In this document: positions 30,191 to 39,868 of the stretch, piece by piece
How positions within the stretch are numbered: position 1 is the stretch's first letter
Layout of the letters: each line of letters opens with the position of its first letter
Virus record (IMG/VR): IMGVR_UViG_3300037070_005035
Span: 4,261-68,260 of that record
Direction: 5' to 3' (one strand)
Origin: a virus
Length of the DNA: 64,000 nt
Notes under the pieces: model-generated
Told to the model about the DNA's origin: nothing
Database searches by the model: none
Seen by the model: the letters and a program-made list of their open reading frames with translations, nothing else
Position numbers and translations under genes: made by a program

Positions 30191-30457
30191 ATGTCTTCCA
30201 TAACTGGAATCTACCGCTGTCCAGATAAAACCATCGACAATTGGGTCATTAACTGGATGTACCGGCCGGCCGATAGGGATTGCTTGGCGGATCAGCTTAG
30301 GCAAATTCGGCAACGTCTAGGTCGGCGCGAAGCTAAAGAATTCCGCAACTACTTGCTTTGGATCGGGTGTTATCCGAAATGCGGTCTTTCCGATCGTTCC
30401 CGGCGCGAATTGAGAGGAAACCAGTCTGTACTGCGACGACTGCGGGGGTCGAATTGA
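30191..30457 (+). CDS. Hypothetical early protein
   Basis: GGAGA RBS. Confidence 0.5.
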   Translation: MSSITGIYRCPDKTIDNWVINWMYRPADRDCLADQLRQIRQRLGRREAKEFRNYLLWIGCYPKCGLSDRSRRELRGNQSVLRRLRGSN

Positions 30458-30536
30458 ATCGGCTTATGGCGATGATTAGGCAAGTGCGGTTCAGCCTATT
30501 CAATGGGCCGCTATTGAAACGATTGGAGAATTTGAA

Positions 30537-30938
30537 ATGGCAAAGTGCATGTCATTCAGCGACGAATTTTACACTGGCAATTATGAGACTTACGATTGCG
30601 TACCTAAGTCGAAAAAGCCGACTAGCGTGATTCAAGCGTTGTATTCCATGGCCGATGATGATTGGAAAACATTGTGCGACGACACTAGACACGATCCCGA
30701 AATATGCGATCCGTGGGAGCTACTGGCGGAGCTACAAGATAACGAATCGATGTCTTGTGATCAGTACTCGTCGCCTATTCGGGTTTATCTAAGCGCTTTT
30801 GTAAGTGTATTGGTGCATGATTCAAAGCCGCCGCGCGGTTGGGATAGTGTCGAAACGTCAGTTGAATCCGAATTAAAACTTCCCAATCGACTAGCGCACT
30901 TAAAGCTCGGCGAAATGCCATTAAGACCGCTTGACTAG
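30537..30938 (+). CDS. Hypothetical early protein
   Basis: GGAGA RBS, 133 aa. Confidence 0.55.
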   Translation: MAKCMSFSDEFYTGNYETYDCVPKSKKPTSVIQALYSMADDDWKTLCDDTRHDPEICDPWELLAELQDNESMSCDQYSSPIRVYLSAFVSVLVHDSKPPRGWDSVETSVESELKLPNRLAHLKLGEMPLRPLD

Positions 30939-31041
30939 TTCGGATCGCGCCCAGTGCGCTGGGCGTCATTCCGCGCTATTGCGGACTAGGTGAATCGGTC
31001 GACCTACAAAACGACCGAATTGAAACGCAAAGGAATTTGTT

Positions 31042-32190
31042 ATGTCCACGAATCTCTACGAAGCTTCCAATCAATGGGCGGTACGTCCGGCGGATCAACG
31101 TTACGAAACGCTAGACGCGATGTATGACGCATCGCGGGGCTATCACGCTTCCGCTCGTGTTGCGTCGATACCTTATCGGGATTTGGAATTATCCGATGAT
31201 GATGGAGAGCTATTACTACTAGGCAAGGAGCGGATCGCGCGCTTTACCAACTGGTCATTCGGCCAAATTTGTTCGCGGGTTGGCGCGCCGGCCGGATATC
31301 TGCGGAGTGTACCGGCGTCGCTTGCGGCGAGTTGCATAAATCACGGGTTGTCTGATTTCCCGTTCGACGACGTCGCGCAGATTCTCATGCATGAAAACGG
31401 CACGTTGCTGTGCCGAGCGTTTACGTCGGATGACTACTCGCGGATTTGGAACTGGGAAGTGATTGACCGGCTTCGTGGGCTCGTTGGTGATGGTTGGAGC
31501 GTTCCGCCGGCGCGGCCCGCGCAAGCTGGCGCTCCGGGTTCGCGAGTGGCGACAGCGGCCGATATCGGTCCGCGCACGATCAATCTCCACGTTGGCGATA
31601 CGATAGCGCCAGCGGGACTCTACGCAAGTGATCACGACATGTTCGCGTTTCTGGTCAATGAGCAAGTCACGATTGATGATGGCACCCCAGGTGGATTAGC
31701 TCGTGGGGTATTCGTTTCGAATTCCGAAGTCGGCGCGGCCGCGCTTAAGCTGACTAGATTCCTTTACCGATCGGTTTGTGGAAACCATATCGTTTGGGAT
31801 GCCAAAGATGTGGAAGAGTTGCGGATCGTTCATCGCGGCAATGCTAGCTCGCGATACGGCTACAAACTCACGGCCGAGTTACGCAAGTACGCCTTTGGCA
31901 ACGTCAGTGACGACGAGTTGCGCATTGTCGAATCCAAGAAAATTCAGATCGGCCAAACAAAGGATGAAGTCCTCAATACTTTGTTCGCAAAGCGATTGCT
32001 TCCCCGTAAGACGCTCGAACTAGCGTACGATCGCGCCGTCGATGAAGCCGATACGTATCGGGATTTCTCACCCAGGTCCGTGTGGGGTATGGTGCAAGGA
32101 ATCACGGCTCATTCTCAGACGGAACAATTCGCAGAGAAACGAGTTGAGCTAGACAGGGCCGCTGGCAAGCTGATGTCGATGTCCTTCTAA
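31042..32190 (+). CDS. DUF932-family phage/plasmid protein
   Basis: FTNWSFGQIC, YASDHDMFAFL, RGVFVSNSEVG, YRSVCGNH. Confidence 0.8.
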   Translation: MSTNLYEASNQWAVRPADQRYETLDAMYDASRGYHASARVASIPYRDLELSDDDGELLLLGKERIARFTNWSFGQICSRVGAPAGYLRSVPASLAASCINHGLSDFPFDDVAQILMHENGTLLCRAFTSDDYSRIWNWEVIDRLRGLVGDGWSVPPARPAQAGAPGSRVATAADIGPRTINLHVGDTIAPAGLYASDHDMFAFLVNEQVTIDDGTPGGLARGVFVSNSEVGAAALKLTRFLYRSVCGNHIVWDAKDVEELRIVHRGNASSRYGYKLTAELRKYAFGNVSDDELRIVESKKIQIGQTKDEVLNTLFAKRLLPRKTLELAYDRAVDEADTYRDFSPRSVWGMVQGITAHSQTEQFAEKRVELDRAAGKLMSMSF

Positions 32191-32305
32191 GTCGGTTTCG
32201 AATTCGCGCTCACTGGTTTTAGCAGTGAGCGCATATTCGCAACCTTGCGGAAACGGTAATAGGTCGACCGATACAACGATCGGATTGAAATGAAGGAAAC
32301 GAACC

Positions 32306-32842
32306 ATGGCAAGCTATTACAAATTCTTAGGGTATCGTTGCTACATCCAAAAAAGCGGCAGCTACGATGACTACCGAAAGTTCTACATTGAGCCAATCTC
32401 CGGTTACGTGGCGGACGCCGCCAAGCGATACGACAGCGAACCAAACGAGTACAACCTCGAACGGCTCAAACTAATCAGGGAACTAGGGCAGAGCGCGAAG
32501 TATCTTGACGGCGCGTTCGACGGATCATTCGAAATTCACTGGCAAGCGGATCGCGAAAACTGGCGCAATAATCAAGGCTGGTACGCGCCGCGGATTGAAA
32601 CCCGCTTTCACGCTGATTCAATCGCGTTCATGGGAAAGCTGTCTAAGTTGCTAGGCCATGAACCATCGCCATCGCTCGTAATTGAGACGCTAAACAAGCT
32701 GGGACTTAAGCCGGTTTTCCATCGCGGAGAATGCCCGTACGGTGCGTGGATATTCGGAGATATGGAAGTCGATCCGGCTGATTGTCCGTTCGAGGATATG
32801 GTAATTGAGGAAACCGAAGCCGAGAAAGTCGAGATGGCATAG
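32306..32842 (+). CDS. Hypothetical early protein
   Basis: 178 aa, AAGGA RBS. Confidence 0.6.
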   Translation: MASYYKFLGYRCYIQKSGSYDDYRKFYIEPISGYVADAAKRYDSEPNEYNLERLKLIRELGQSAKYLDGAFDGSFEIHWQADRENWRNNQGWYAPRIETRFHADSIAFMGKLSKLLGHEPSPSLVIETLNKLGLKPVFHRGECPYGAWIFGDMEVDPADCPFEDMVIEETEAEKVEMA

Positions 32843-32974
32843 ATATTTAGCGCCAGTGCCACGTGGAAGTGATTCCGTGTTTTTAACTACAAGGCTAGGT
32901 GAATTGTCACAACGAAAAGATTCAACAACTTGCATCGGCCATCAAGGGAATGCAATTAAAGGAGGATAAGTAAT

Positions 32975-33394
32975 ATGGAACGACGCGCCATGTGGATTTA
33001 CCAAACGTACTTATTGAACGACAGCGAGAAGCTGATTAAGTTCTTCTACGATCACGCGGGGTCGTCGCATAACCCAAGCGTGGAAACGCTAGAGCAAGGT
33101 CGATTGCGGGGCGCAAAGGAATTGGCCATCGCGGCGTATCGCGCTATCGACGAGGGGTTGTCGTTCGAATGGAATATCGACCTCGGCGACGACTCGTCTA
33201 GTTTCAACGACGACCCGGACCCGTGGCAATTGTGGTACTGCTGGTGCCGAGATGCGGACGGCAAGGTAGTTGCATCGCTATGCAGTATCGATTTCGGTCG
33301 CGATGGTGCGCCATGGGAAGATCCGTATCGGCGCGTCGTCGAGGCTGAGCTGGCGCAAGAATACTTCGCGTCGGTCGCGGATGAATCACGATAA
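32975..33394 (+). CDS. Hypothetical early protein
   Basis: AAGGAGG RBS. Confidence 0.65.
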   Translation: MERRAMWIYQTYLLNDSEKLIKFFYDHAGSSHNPSVETLEQGRLRGAKELAIAAYRAIDEGLSFEWNIDLGDDSSSFNDDPDPWQLWYCWCRDADGKVVASLCSIDFGRDGAPWEDPYRRVVEAELAQEYFASVADESR

Positions 33395-33397
33395 AGT

Positions 33398-33415
33398 TGT
33401 GGAACATATTCCACA
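33398..33415. promoter_or_regulatory. Palindrome TGTGGAA-CATA-TTCCACA (operator copy 3)
   Basis: Intergenic inverted repeat. Confidence 0.55.
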
Positions 33416-33473
33416 CTGGCAATCCGGACAGCCAGTTTCAATGGTCGGGAATTGAAGCAAAGGAAATTTAAAA

Positions 33474-33869
33474 ATGGCAACCGTAATCCACCTGAATTCC
33501 ATGCTTGGCGCTATCGTCGAAGTCAAGCGACTATGTCAATGCAAGCCAAGTCACAGCGATTCCGTCCAAGTCGAAGTCAAAATTCTATTGCCTTGCGTTG
33601 GCCCGTATGGCCCGGAATCAAAGCGGACGGCGTTGCATCCCGAATTGGAATTCGGCAAACGATTGTACATTGCCGGTGAGTCGCTCGATTGCGATTGGGG
33701 ACTCTACGAAATCAGCGACTACCGATCACGCTCCGAAACGTTCATTGACGAAACGTATCACGCGGCGGAGCTGCGCGGGCTGAAGTGGGCGCAAGCGGAA
33801 GTTAAGAAGCTGGTCGACGCGATGTTTGTCCGCTCGCAATCGCTAGTGTGCGCTGGAGTGGAAGCATGA
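33474..33869 (+). CDS. Hypothetical early protein
   Basis: AAGGA RBS. Confidence 0.55.
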   Translation: MATVIHLNSMLGAIVEVKRLCQCKPSHSDSVQVEVKILLPCVGPYGPESKRTALHPELEFGKRLYIAGESLDCDWGLYEISDYRSRSETFIDETYHAAELRGLKWAQAEVKKLVDAMFVRSQSLVCAGVEA

Positions 33870-34129
33870 AAACAACAATTAGAGATGGCTTTTGCTTTAT
33901 CGAAGCTTGCGGCCTGTTACTTAAATTCCCTGCAACTGATGATTCCATGTCGGATGATCGCGTGGAAATTCGTTGCGGTGGCTCGCGAGTATTTGTCGAG
34001 TATCACGACGACGGGCCATGTGTCGGGAAAGTCGAGTACATAACCAATGAGGAACATTGGTCGTCGCCAAATGGCTGTCATGAAGATTGTCCGGCATGCG
34101 CGGCGGAAAGTGAAGGATGGAATGATTAA
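33866..34129 (+). CDS. Hypothetical protein
   Basis: ATGA overlap; C-terminal CHEDCPAC. Confidence 0.5.
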   Translation: MKTTIRDGFCFIEACGLLLKFPATDDSMSDDRVEIRCGGSRVFVEYHDDGPCVGKVEYITNEEHWSSPNGCHEDCPACAAESEGWND

Positions 34130-34526
34130 GCTTAACCGCAGCGGACTAGCTCCGCTCGAATTCAATGGCGAAGTTCTCGCGCAAGTCTCCACGGAAAACT
34201 TGCGCGGCGATAAACAAATGCGTTGGTGGGAAATCGGCCTGTACATGTTGCCGCAACCAAACAAATGGCACGATAAAATCGTGGCGCATATCGGCTATCG
34301 AACGCGCTGGAAAGGGGAAGTGGATAGCGACTGGTCGGAATCATTCGAATCGGTCGAAGAAGCAAGTGAAGAACTTTCACAGCGCGATCCAATCCCGGCC
34401 CGCATCGGCTGGCCGCCACGGAAGGAATACGAGACGAGGCAGAAAATCCTCATCGATGACTTGCTGGCACAATACGATTGGGCGGTTTCGAAGGTGCTGG
34501 AGGAATTCCCGGAGGTACTGAAATGA
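34122..34526 (+). CDS. Hypothetical protein
   Basis: MIKLNRSGLAPLEFNGE...RWWEIGLY. Confidence 0.55.
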   Translation: MIKLNRSGLAPLEFNGEVLAQVSTENLRGDKQMRWWEIGLYMLPQPNKWHDKIVAHIGYRTRWKGEVDSDWSESFESVEEASEELSQRDPIPARIGWPPRKEYETRQKILIDDLLAQYDWAVSKVLEEFPEVLK

Positions 34527-34615
34527 CGGATCGCCTGACAAGGCCACGGATGGCCTATATTTTGAAACAATCTGTGGTCAGTTGACCACAAACCAAGAAA
34601 GCAAAAGGTGAAAAC

Positions 34616-35530
34616 ATGAAATGCTTAATGATTCTGATGGCGTGCCTGATTGCGCCACTTAGCGCGCAGGCGCAACGGTATGGCGGATCGATGCAAGCTG
34701 GCCGGCTGGGAATGGAAGTTGGCGGCGGACAGTCATCGTTCCGTTTCCAAAACCTGATACCGACCTGGCAAGCCGAAATATCGGTGGACAAGACACAGCG
34801 CGTCACGCTTCACGAGCTGACGATAAACTACGCCGGGCGACTGGATTTTCAAGCCCATGACGGACTGGTCTACATGGATGTCGAGATGACATTGACAGCA
34901 CCGGATTCGCTCGATCTCAATCCGATTCAAATAGCTCCGCATGCATTTGCCATCGAGCGATTTGATTTCGATATGGCGATTAGTGGAACTTACGTCAACC
35001 ATGGATTTGAAAAACAATTCAGCGCTGATTTTACCGAATCGACCAGCACGAATGATCTACAACTTTCGTTTGCCAATTTCCCGGCTTCGCTTGTGCTGAG
35101 TGAGTTTAGTACGGCTGGTGGAGCTAGATACTGGTCACTTAATGGACCAATCGAGCTAGAACCGCAGCTATTCATTTACTATGCGACGCATGGCCATGCG
35201 GCGGATCTGAACCTGATGCTCCTGCCACTGCCGCCAGAGGAATTGGAAGATCCGCTGGGCGATTCTAATCGCGACGGACGATTCGATTCCGGCGACTTGG
35301 TAGTGGTCTTTCAAGCTGGCCAATATGAGGACTCGCTGATATTCAATTCCACCTGGGAGACGGGCGACTGGAACGGCGACAAGGAATTCGATTCGGGCGA
35401 TCTGGTCGCGGCATTCACGGCGGGCGAGTATGTCAACCAAGCGGTTGCCGTGCCTGAGCCAGTGTCGATCGGGCTCGTGGTGGGAGCATTCGTGTGGATG
35501 GCATCGCGCATCAGGAAGAGTGTGAAATAA
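34616..35530 (+). CDS. Secreted PEP-CTERM protein with dockerin-like duplicated Ca-binding motif
   Basis: Signal peptide; GDSNRDGRFDSGDL and GDWNGDKEFDSGDL; VPEP-TM-RIRK tail. Confidence 0.88.
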   Translation: MKCLMILMACLIAPLSAQAQRYGGSMQAGRLGMEVGGGQSSFRFQNLIPTWQAEISVDKTQRVTLHELTINYAGRLDFQAHDGLVYMDVEMTLTAPDSLDLNPIQIAPHAFAIERFDFDMAISGTYVNHGFEKQFSADFTESTSTNDLQLSFANFPASLVLSEFSTAGGARYWSLNGPIELEPQLFIYYATHGHAADLNLMLLPLPPEELEDPLGDSNRDGRFDSGDLVVVFQAGQYEDSLIFNSTWETGDWNGDKEFDSGDLVAAFTAGEYVNQAVAVPEPVSIGLVVGAFVWMASRIRKSVK

Positions 35531-35546
35531 TTCGGAATCACCGGGG

Positions 35547-35587
35547 CCTCCGTCCCGGTTGTAGTAGCGCGTCCCCGTCGACTGCGG
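35547..35587 (+). terminator. Probable intrinsic terminator
   Basis: GCGCGTCCCCG...CGGGGCGCG followed by TTTT. Confidence 0.45.
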
Positions 35588-35620
35588 GGTCAGGCGGGGC
35601 GCGTTTTAGGATGTGATGCA

Positions 35621-36532
35621 ATGAAGCTGACTAACGACCTAGGGCTACCCGAACCGCTCGTGGAAGCTGTCAGAAATGATCCGTACTATAGCGCCGGTGA
35701 TATCAGCGTAACGCGATTGATCAACCCGCCGCAGATTACGTCGCTGCTGGCCAAGCATCGCGACGAGTTGGTGGAAGATGCGAGCGAGCGGATTTGGTCG
35801 CTGGATGGCCAGTCGGTACATGCAATTCTGGAGCGAGCCCAAACGAAGCGGACGGTGATTGAGCACCGGATGTATATAAAGCGATTGGACTGGATTATCG
35901 GTGGTCAACTTGACGTGCTCGACTTAGAAAGCGGGACGCTGTGGGACTACAAGAAAACATCCGTCTGGAGTGTGGTCGACGGAGTCAAAAAGGAATGGGA
36001 ACAACAATTAAATCTGCTCCGTGTATTGGTCGAGGAAACGACTCCGTGGCTAGTCAAGGAGCTACGGATTTGCGCGATCCTGCGCGACTGGTCACCGACC
36101 AAAGCGGGATTCGATAAGGGCTACCCACAGCGACCCGTGACGGTCGTCAGGCCGAAGCTATGGTCGATCAGCGAGGCTCGGGAATTCCTCTATGACAGGG
36201 TAGAGGCTCACCAATGGGCTATGGCGGGCGACGTGGCTCCCTGCACCGATGAGGAAAGATGGATCAGCGGCGGGAGCTGGGCCGTGATGAAATCCGGCAG
36301 GAAGAAAGCACTGCGATTACTGGAAACTGAGGAAGAGGCCCGCATGTGGGCCATCAATAACGATTATCGTCTCGCGGATGACGAGATTACGATCGTGCGG
36401 CGTGAAGTAAGTTTCAAACGCTGCGAAGCATATTGTCCCGTTCGGACAGTATGCACACAACCAAGAGAACCCTTAACAAACGAAGGAAACCGAAATGGAA
36501 TCTCTCTTACAACAACCGCAAGTCATACCTAG
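35621..36532 (+). CDS. PD-(D/E)XK (Cas4/RecB-like) exonuclease
   Basis: ISVTRLI, GQSVHAILE, GGQLD...LWDYKKT, QQLN, C-terminal RCEAYCPVRTVC. Confidence 0.8.
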   Translation: MKLTNDLGLPEPLVEAVRNDPYYSAGDISVTRLINPPQITSLLAKHRDELVEDASERIWSLDGQSVHAILERAQTKRTVIEHRMYIKRLDWIIGGQLDVLDLESGTLWDYKKTSVWSVVDGVKKEWEQQLNLLRVLVEETTPWLVKELRICAILRDWSPTKAGFDKGYPQRPVTVVRPKLWSISEAREFLYDRVEAHQWAMAGDVAPCTDEERWISGGSWAVMKSGRKKALRLLETEEEARMWAINNDYRLADDEITIVRREVSFKRCEAYCPVRTVCTQPREPLTNEGNRNGISLTTTASHT

Positions 36533-36935
36533 TCTGCATGAGCAAGTAGCGACACTGGCCGCCAGCAAGCTCGTGCCAGATTCCGACGTCGCGGCGGCGC
36601 GCAAATCGGTCCCGGATGGATCGAGCTATCTCGTGTCGGTCGAATGCGCCATCGACGTCAATGGCCAGGGCTGCCTAATCATCTCCAAGCGGGGCGACCT
36701 GTGCTTCGGCCATCGGTCTGAACGGAAGAACAAAAAGCTCGATGTCGAGCGGCTGATTCGAGCAGTCGTCACGAGCTGCGATGGTGCCACGCTGGATTTG
36801 ATTAGTCTGAATTACGACTTAGACAGCAATCCTGATCAAGATGTCTACTACCGACAAGTATTGCTTGACATGATCACAACCAAGTCAAGCAGCGATGTCT
36901 CAGCACCCATCACATTCAATCAACGGGGGGTGTGA
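36495..36935 (+). CDS. Hypothetical protein
   Basis: AAGGA RBS, 146 aa. Confidence 0.5.
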   Translation: MESLLQQPQVIPSLHEQVATLAASKLVPDSDVAAARKSVPDGSSYLVSVECAIDVNGQGCLIISKRGDLCFGHRSERKNKKLDVERLIRAVVTSCDGATLDLISLNYDLDSNPDQDVYYRQVLLDMITTKSSSDVSAPITFNQRGV

Positions 36936-37254
36936 GATGCTGCTGATTCTCGGGATTGTCTTGCTGCTGGCCGCCGGTCAAGCCAAGGGGAAGGACGCTG
37001 TCCTGCTGGCTGCCATCGGCGCCGGCATAGTGGTCTGGGTGATACATCCGGGCTGACCGCGACGTGATTGTTCTGCGGCGATGATGAACGTAATTCTGCT
37101 CGTGACAGCGCGGGCAGCGGGCTGGCTGATTAGGTAGACGGTACAGGTCCGTAGTTTCCAGTCCGCAATCTTTACAGGCATTCGATTTATCCACATTTAG
37201 CTGGCGATTACCGTATCTTTTTGCCATTGACCTACTCACACGATTGGTATTATT

Positions 37255-38271
37255 ATGTCGAGTCTGACGAAACGACCGAGCGGCATTTACTGGCTGCAAT
37301 TTACCCTTGACGGACGGAAGCATACAAGGAGCCTGGGCCGGATAGATCGCGGCCTGGCGATGAGCATTTGTGGGAAGTTTGAAACATTGATGAGCGAAGG
37401 AAAGACGGGGCAAGCCATGGAGACAGTCACCGCTCAGGTCGCTCCCGAGCAGCGACAGTCAATGATTCATCTATGGGTGCAAGAATATCTGAAGGCCCTG
37501 GGCTGCAAGCCAGCCACGATGAAGACGCACTACCAAACCCTGGACCTGCTAACGGCTCAGTTCGGCACGTGCTCATTCCGGGATGTGGATTTCACTGGAG
37601 CACAAAAATTCGTAGCGTCACTCGGTCGATTCGCCGGGTCGACGCGGGCGAAGCATATCAGTCGAACCCGGCAATATTTCGATGCCGCAATCGATAGCGG
37701 AATCATCAGCAAGAATCCGTTTGAGTCATTTAAGTGCGGTAGTCAGCACAACCCGACACGATCACATTTCGTCAGCCGGGAGGACTACGAGAAACTCATG
37801 GCAGCCGCACCGAACCAAACGCTGAGGACAATCATCTCCTTGTCGAGAATCGGCGGCCTACGAATTCCGAGCGAGCTGCGCGGGCTCAAGTGGACAGATA
37901 TCGAAGCGGAAAAGATTTCGATCACGGGACACAAGACAGCCAGTCGCGCGTTCCCGATGTTCCCGGAGCTGAAGGAAGAACTAAACGCGCTCAGTAGGAA
38001 TCGCATGAACAATGGTACAGTAATCTCATATGACGGATGTTTGACCTATGCACTCCGGCAAATCATCCAACTGGCCGGATTGAAACGGTGGCCGAGAATT
38101 TGGCACAACATGCGAGCCTCTCGGATTACCGAGCTGAGTGACAAATTCCCTGTCCAAGTCGTGTCTACCTGGATGGGAAATTCGCCTGAAATCGCACTTC
38201 GACATTATCTCTCAGTGACAGATTCCCACTGGGAACAAGCCTTAAACGAGACGCGACAGGACAGAACATGA
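37255..38271 (+). CDS. int: Tyrosine recombinase/integrase
   Basis: SRIGGLRIPSE (R), WHNMRASR (HxxR), WMGNS...LRHY (Y); upstream TTGACC...TATTAT promoter. Confidence 0.9.
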   Translation: MSSLTKRPSGIYWLQFTLDGRKHTRSLGRIDRGLAMSICGKFETLMSEGKTGQAMETVTAQVAPEQRQSMIHLWVQEYLKALGCKPATMKTHYQTLDLLTAQFGTCSFRDVDFTGAQKFVASLGRFAGSTRAKHISRTRQYFDAAIDSGIISKNPFESFKCGSQHNPTRSHFVSREDYEKLMAAAPNQTLRTIISLSRIGGLRIPSELRGLKWTDIEAEKISITGHKTASRAFPMFPELKEELNALSRNRMNNGTVISYDGCLTYALRQIIQLAGLKRWPRIWHNMRASRITELSDKFPVQVVSTWMGNSPEIALRHYLSVTDSHWEQALNETRQDRT

Positions 38272-38349
38272 CACGACAAGACCGGACTGGGCAAGACCAG
38301 ACTTGGTCCGACATGACCAGACGTGACGTGACACGACAAGACTTGATTT
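38245..38349 (+). repeat. GAC-NN pentamer array 1 (21 units), putative guide RNA
   Basis: NN = GA GC AG AG AT AC AA CG TG AA CA TT CC AT CA GT GT AC AA TT TT; overlaps integrase stop. Confidence 0.9.
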
Positions 38350-38354
38350 TCAAC

Positions 38355-38372
38355 TGTGGAATATAAACCACA
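38355..38372. promoter_or_regulatory. Imperfect palindrome TGTGGAA-TATA-AACCACA (operator copy 4)
   Basis: Directly after array 1, upstream of csrA-like gene. Confidence 0.45.
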
Positions 38373-38394
38373 ACTTTAACCGAAGGATCAACCA

Positions 38395-38649
38395 ATGCTA
38401 GTTTTAGGACGACGAAGAAATGAATCAATTACCGTAGTAACTCCGAGCGGCGAGCGGATCGATTTTAAAATCGTGACCATCGATGGCGGATACGCGAGAA
38501 TTGGCATCACGGCCGAGAGGACGATACAAATTTACAGAAGTGAACTAGGAGAACGAGAACATGGGACTGAAGGACAGATCGGGCGCGAAATGGCTGCAGC
38601 TAACACGGGGCCGCTTAGTCCTCAAATCAAAGGACGGAACGACCAGTGA
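38395..38649 (+). CDS. csrA: CsrA/RsmA-family RNA-binding regulator
   Basis: MLVLGRRRNESI...ARIGITA...IYRSEL. Confidence 0.85.
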   Translation: MLVLGRRRNESITVVTPSGERIDFKIVTIDGGYARIGITAERTIQIYRSELGEREHGTEGQIGREMAAANTGPLSPQIKGRNDQ

Positions 38650-39310
38650 ACATGATTCATTGGAAGGCCGGATAATCGGAATCGATTTCCGTGACAACGT
38701 CTACGACGGCAAGACGACCAGACAGATTCATCTGATATTCGATGATGGAGATGACCAATATCAACTTGCGATCGCGGTTGGGAGCGGATACGGGAAACAG
38801 TTGATTCTGAAGCTTGCGACAGCGGACCTGCTCCAGCCAGTGGAAATCACTCCGACTTTTGCGGAGGATGGGCCGCGCAAGAACTCCGGGATGTTCGTCA
38901 GCCAGTTCGGCCAGCATCTAAAACAGCTTTGGACGCGAGACAACCCCGGGCCACTACCGCCACTGAAAGAGGTTGTCGTGAAGGGTCAAACAGTCTGGGA
39001 TGACACCGAGCAGTGTGAGTTTCTGGAAGAGTACGTTACCAGCCAGCTTGTGCCACAGATTAAGCAGGGCATCACGGTTGAACCAACTGATATGCCGCCA
39101 GCAGGCGGCGACACCGAAGCGACCACGGAGCTACTAAAGCTGATCAGCAAGACTCTGAAGGATGTCCAGCCCGGCGACAACTCGAAGCTGGCAACGATCA
39201 AGGCTCGGATCGAGGCCAACAAGGACAAGCTAGGCGGAGATTACCCGTTGGCATTGGAGTTGTGGTCGGGAGCGGTCGACAGATTGAAGGAAGATCATAC
39301 ACCGTTTTAA
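38561..39310 (+). CDS. Putative ssDNA-binding/recombination protein
   Basis: Beta-rich N-domain, KGQTVWDD, acidic EDHTPF tail typical of SSB-like proteins. Confidence 0.5.
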   Translation: MGLKDRSGAKWLQLTRGRLVLKSKDGTTSEHDSLEGRIIGIDFRDNVYDGKTTRQIHLIFDDGDDQYQLAIAVGSGYGKQLILKLATADLLQPVEITPTFAEDGPRKNSGMFVSQFGQHLKQLWTRDNPGPLPPLKEVVVKGQTVWDDTEQCEFLEEYVTSQLVPQIKQGITVEPTDMPPAGGDTEATTELLKLISKTLKDVQPGDNSKLATIKARIEANKDKLGGDYPLALELWSGAVDRLKEDHTPF

Positions 39311-39314
39311 TCCT

Positions 39315-39394
39315 GACGCGACCTGACGAGACTTGACTGGACGAGACGGGATGCGACATGACCCGACCTGACGGGACGCGACAAGACTTGATTT
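39315..39394 (+). repeat. GAC-NN pentamer array 2 (16 units)
   Basis: NN = (CT) GC CT GA TT TG GA GG GC AT CC CT GG GC AA TT TT. Confidence 0.9.
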
Positions 39395-39628
39395 ATGATC
39401 ACCAGCAAAATCGGACAACTGCTGTATCAGCGAGATGGTTATCGAGAACTCGGCGAAGCCGAAAACATGCTGCGAGTACGCGACAAGCTGACCGCGATTG
39501 ATTCGCTGTTCGAGGAGATGGTGGAGTGCATTGAGGAGTCAAACTGCAAGTGTAACCACCCTGTCTACAATCCGTGCCGGCGTTGTCGACTGATGCCGCG
39601 AATCGAAGAACTCAGAGGGAACGAATGA
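39395..39628 (+). CDS. Small Cys-rich protein, tandem paralogue A
   Basis: MITSKI...KLTAIDSLF...CKC...CRRC. Confidence 0.6.
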   Translation: MITSKIGQLLYQRDGYRELGEAENMLRVRDKLTAIDSLFEEMVECIEESNCKCNHPVYNPCRRCRLMPRIEELRGNE

Positions 39629-39861
39629 TCACCAGCAAGATTCGCGAGCTGTGGAAAACCATCGACGTCAGCGATGAATACCGGGATCGATACGACGCCA
39701 ATAGAAAGCTGACCGACATTGATTCGCTGTGGGACGACATGGTGGAGTTCGTTGAGGGATCTGGTTGTGCCTGCTTCGACGCATGCGGTCGCAGATGGAC
39801 AGACGCACCATGTGAGTTCTGTAGTCTGATAACGAGAATCAAGGAACTCACTGGGAAGTAG
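39625..39861 (+). CDS. Small Cys-rich protein, tandem paralogue B
   Basis: ATG 39625; MITSKI...KLTDIDSLW...CAC...CEFC. Confidence 0.6.
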   Translation: MITSKIRELWKTIDVSDEYRDRYDANRKLTDIDSLWDDMVEFVEGSGCACFDACGRRWTDAPCEFCSLITRIKELTGK

Positions 39862-39868
39862 GGTCAGC

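Noticed and set aside
35621-36532. Cas4 as an adaptation module for the arrays
   Set aside because: Solo Cas4-like exonucleases are common phage recombination proteins; nothing in the sequence links it to the arrays except proximity
36936-37254. attP site next to the integrase
   Set aside because: Plausible location, but no tRNA-like core or arm repeats could be identified by eye
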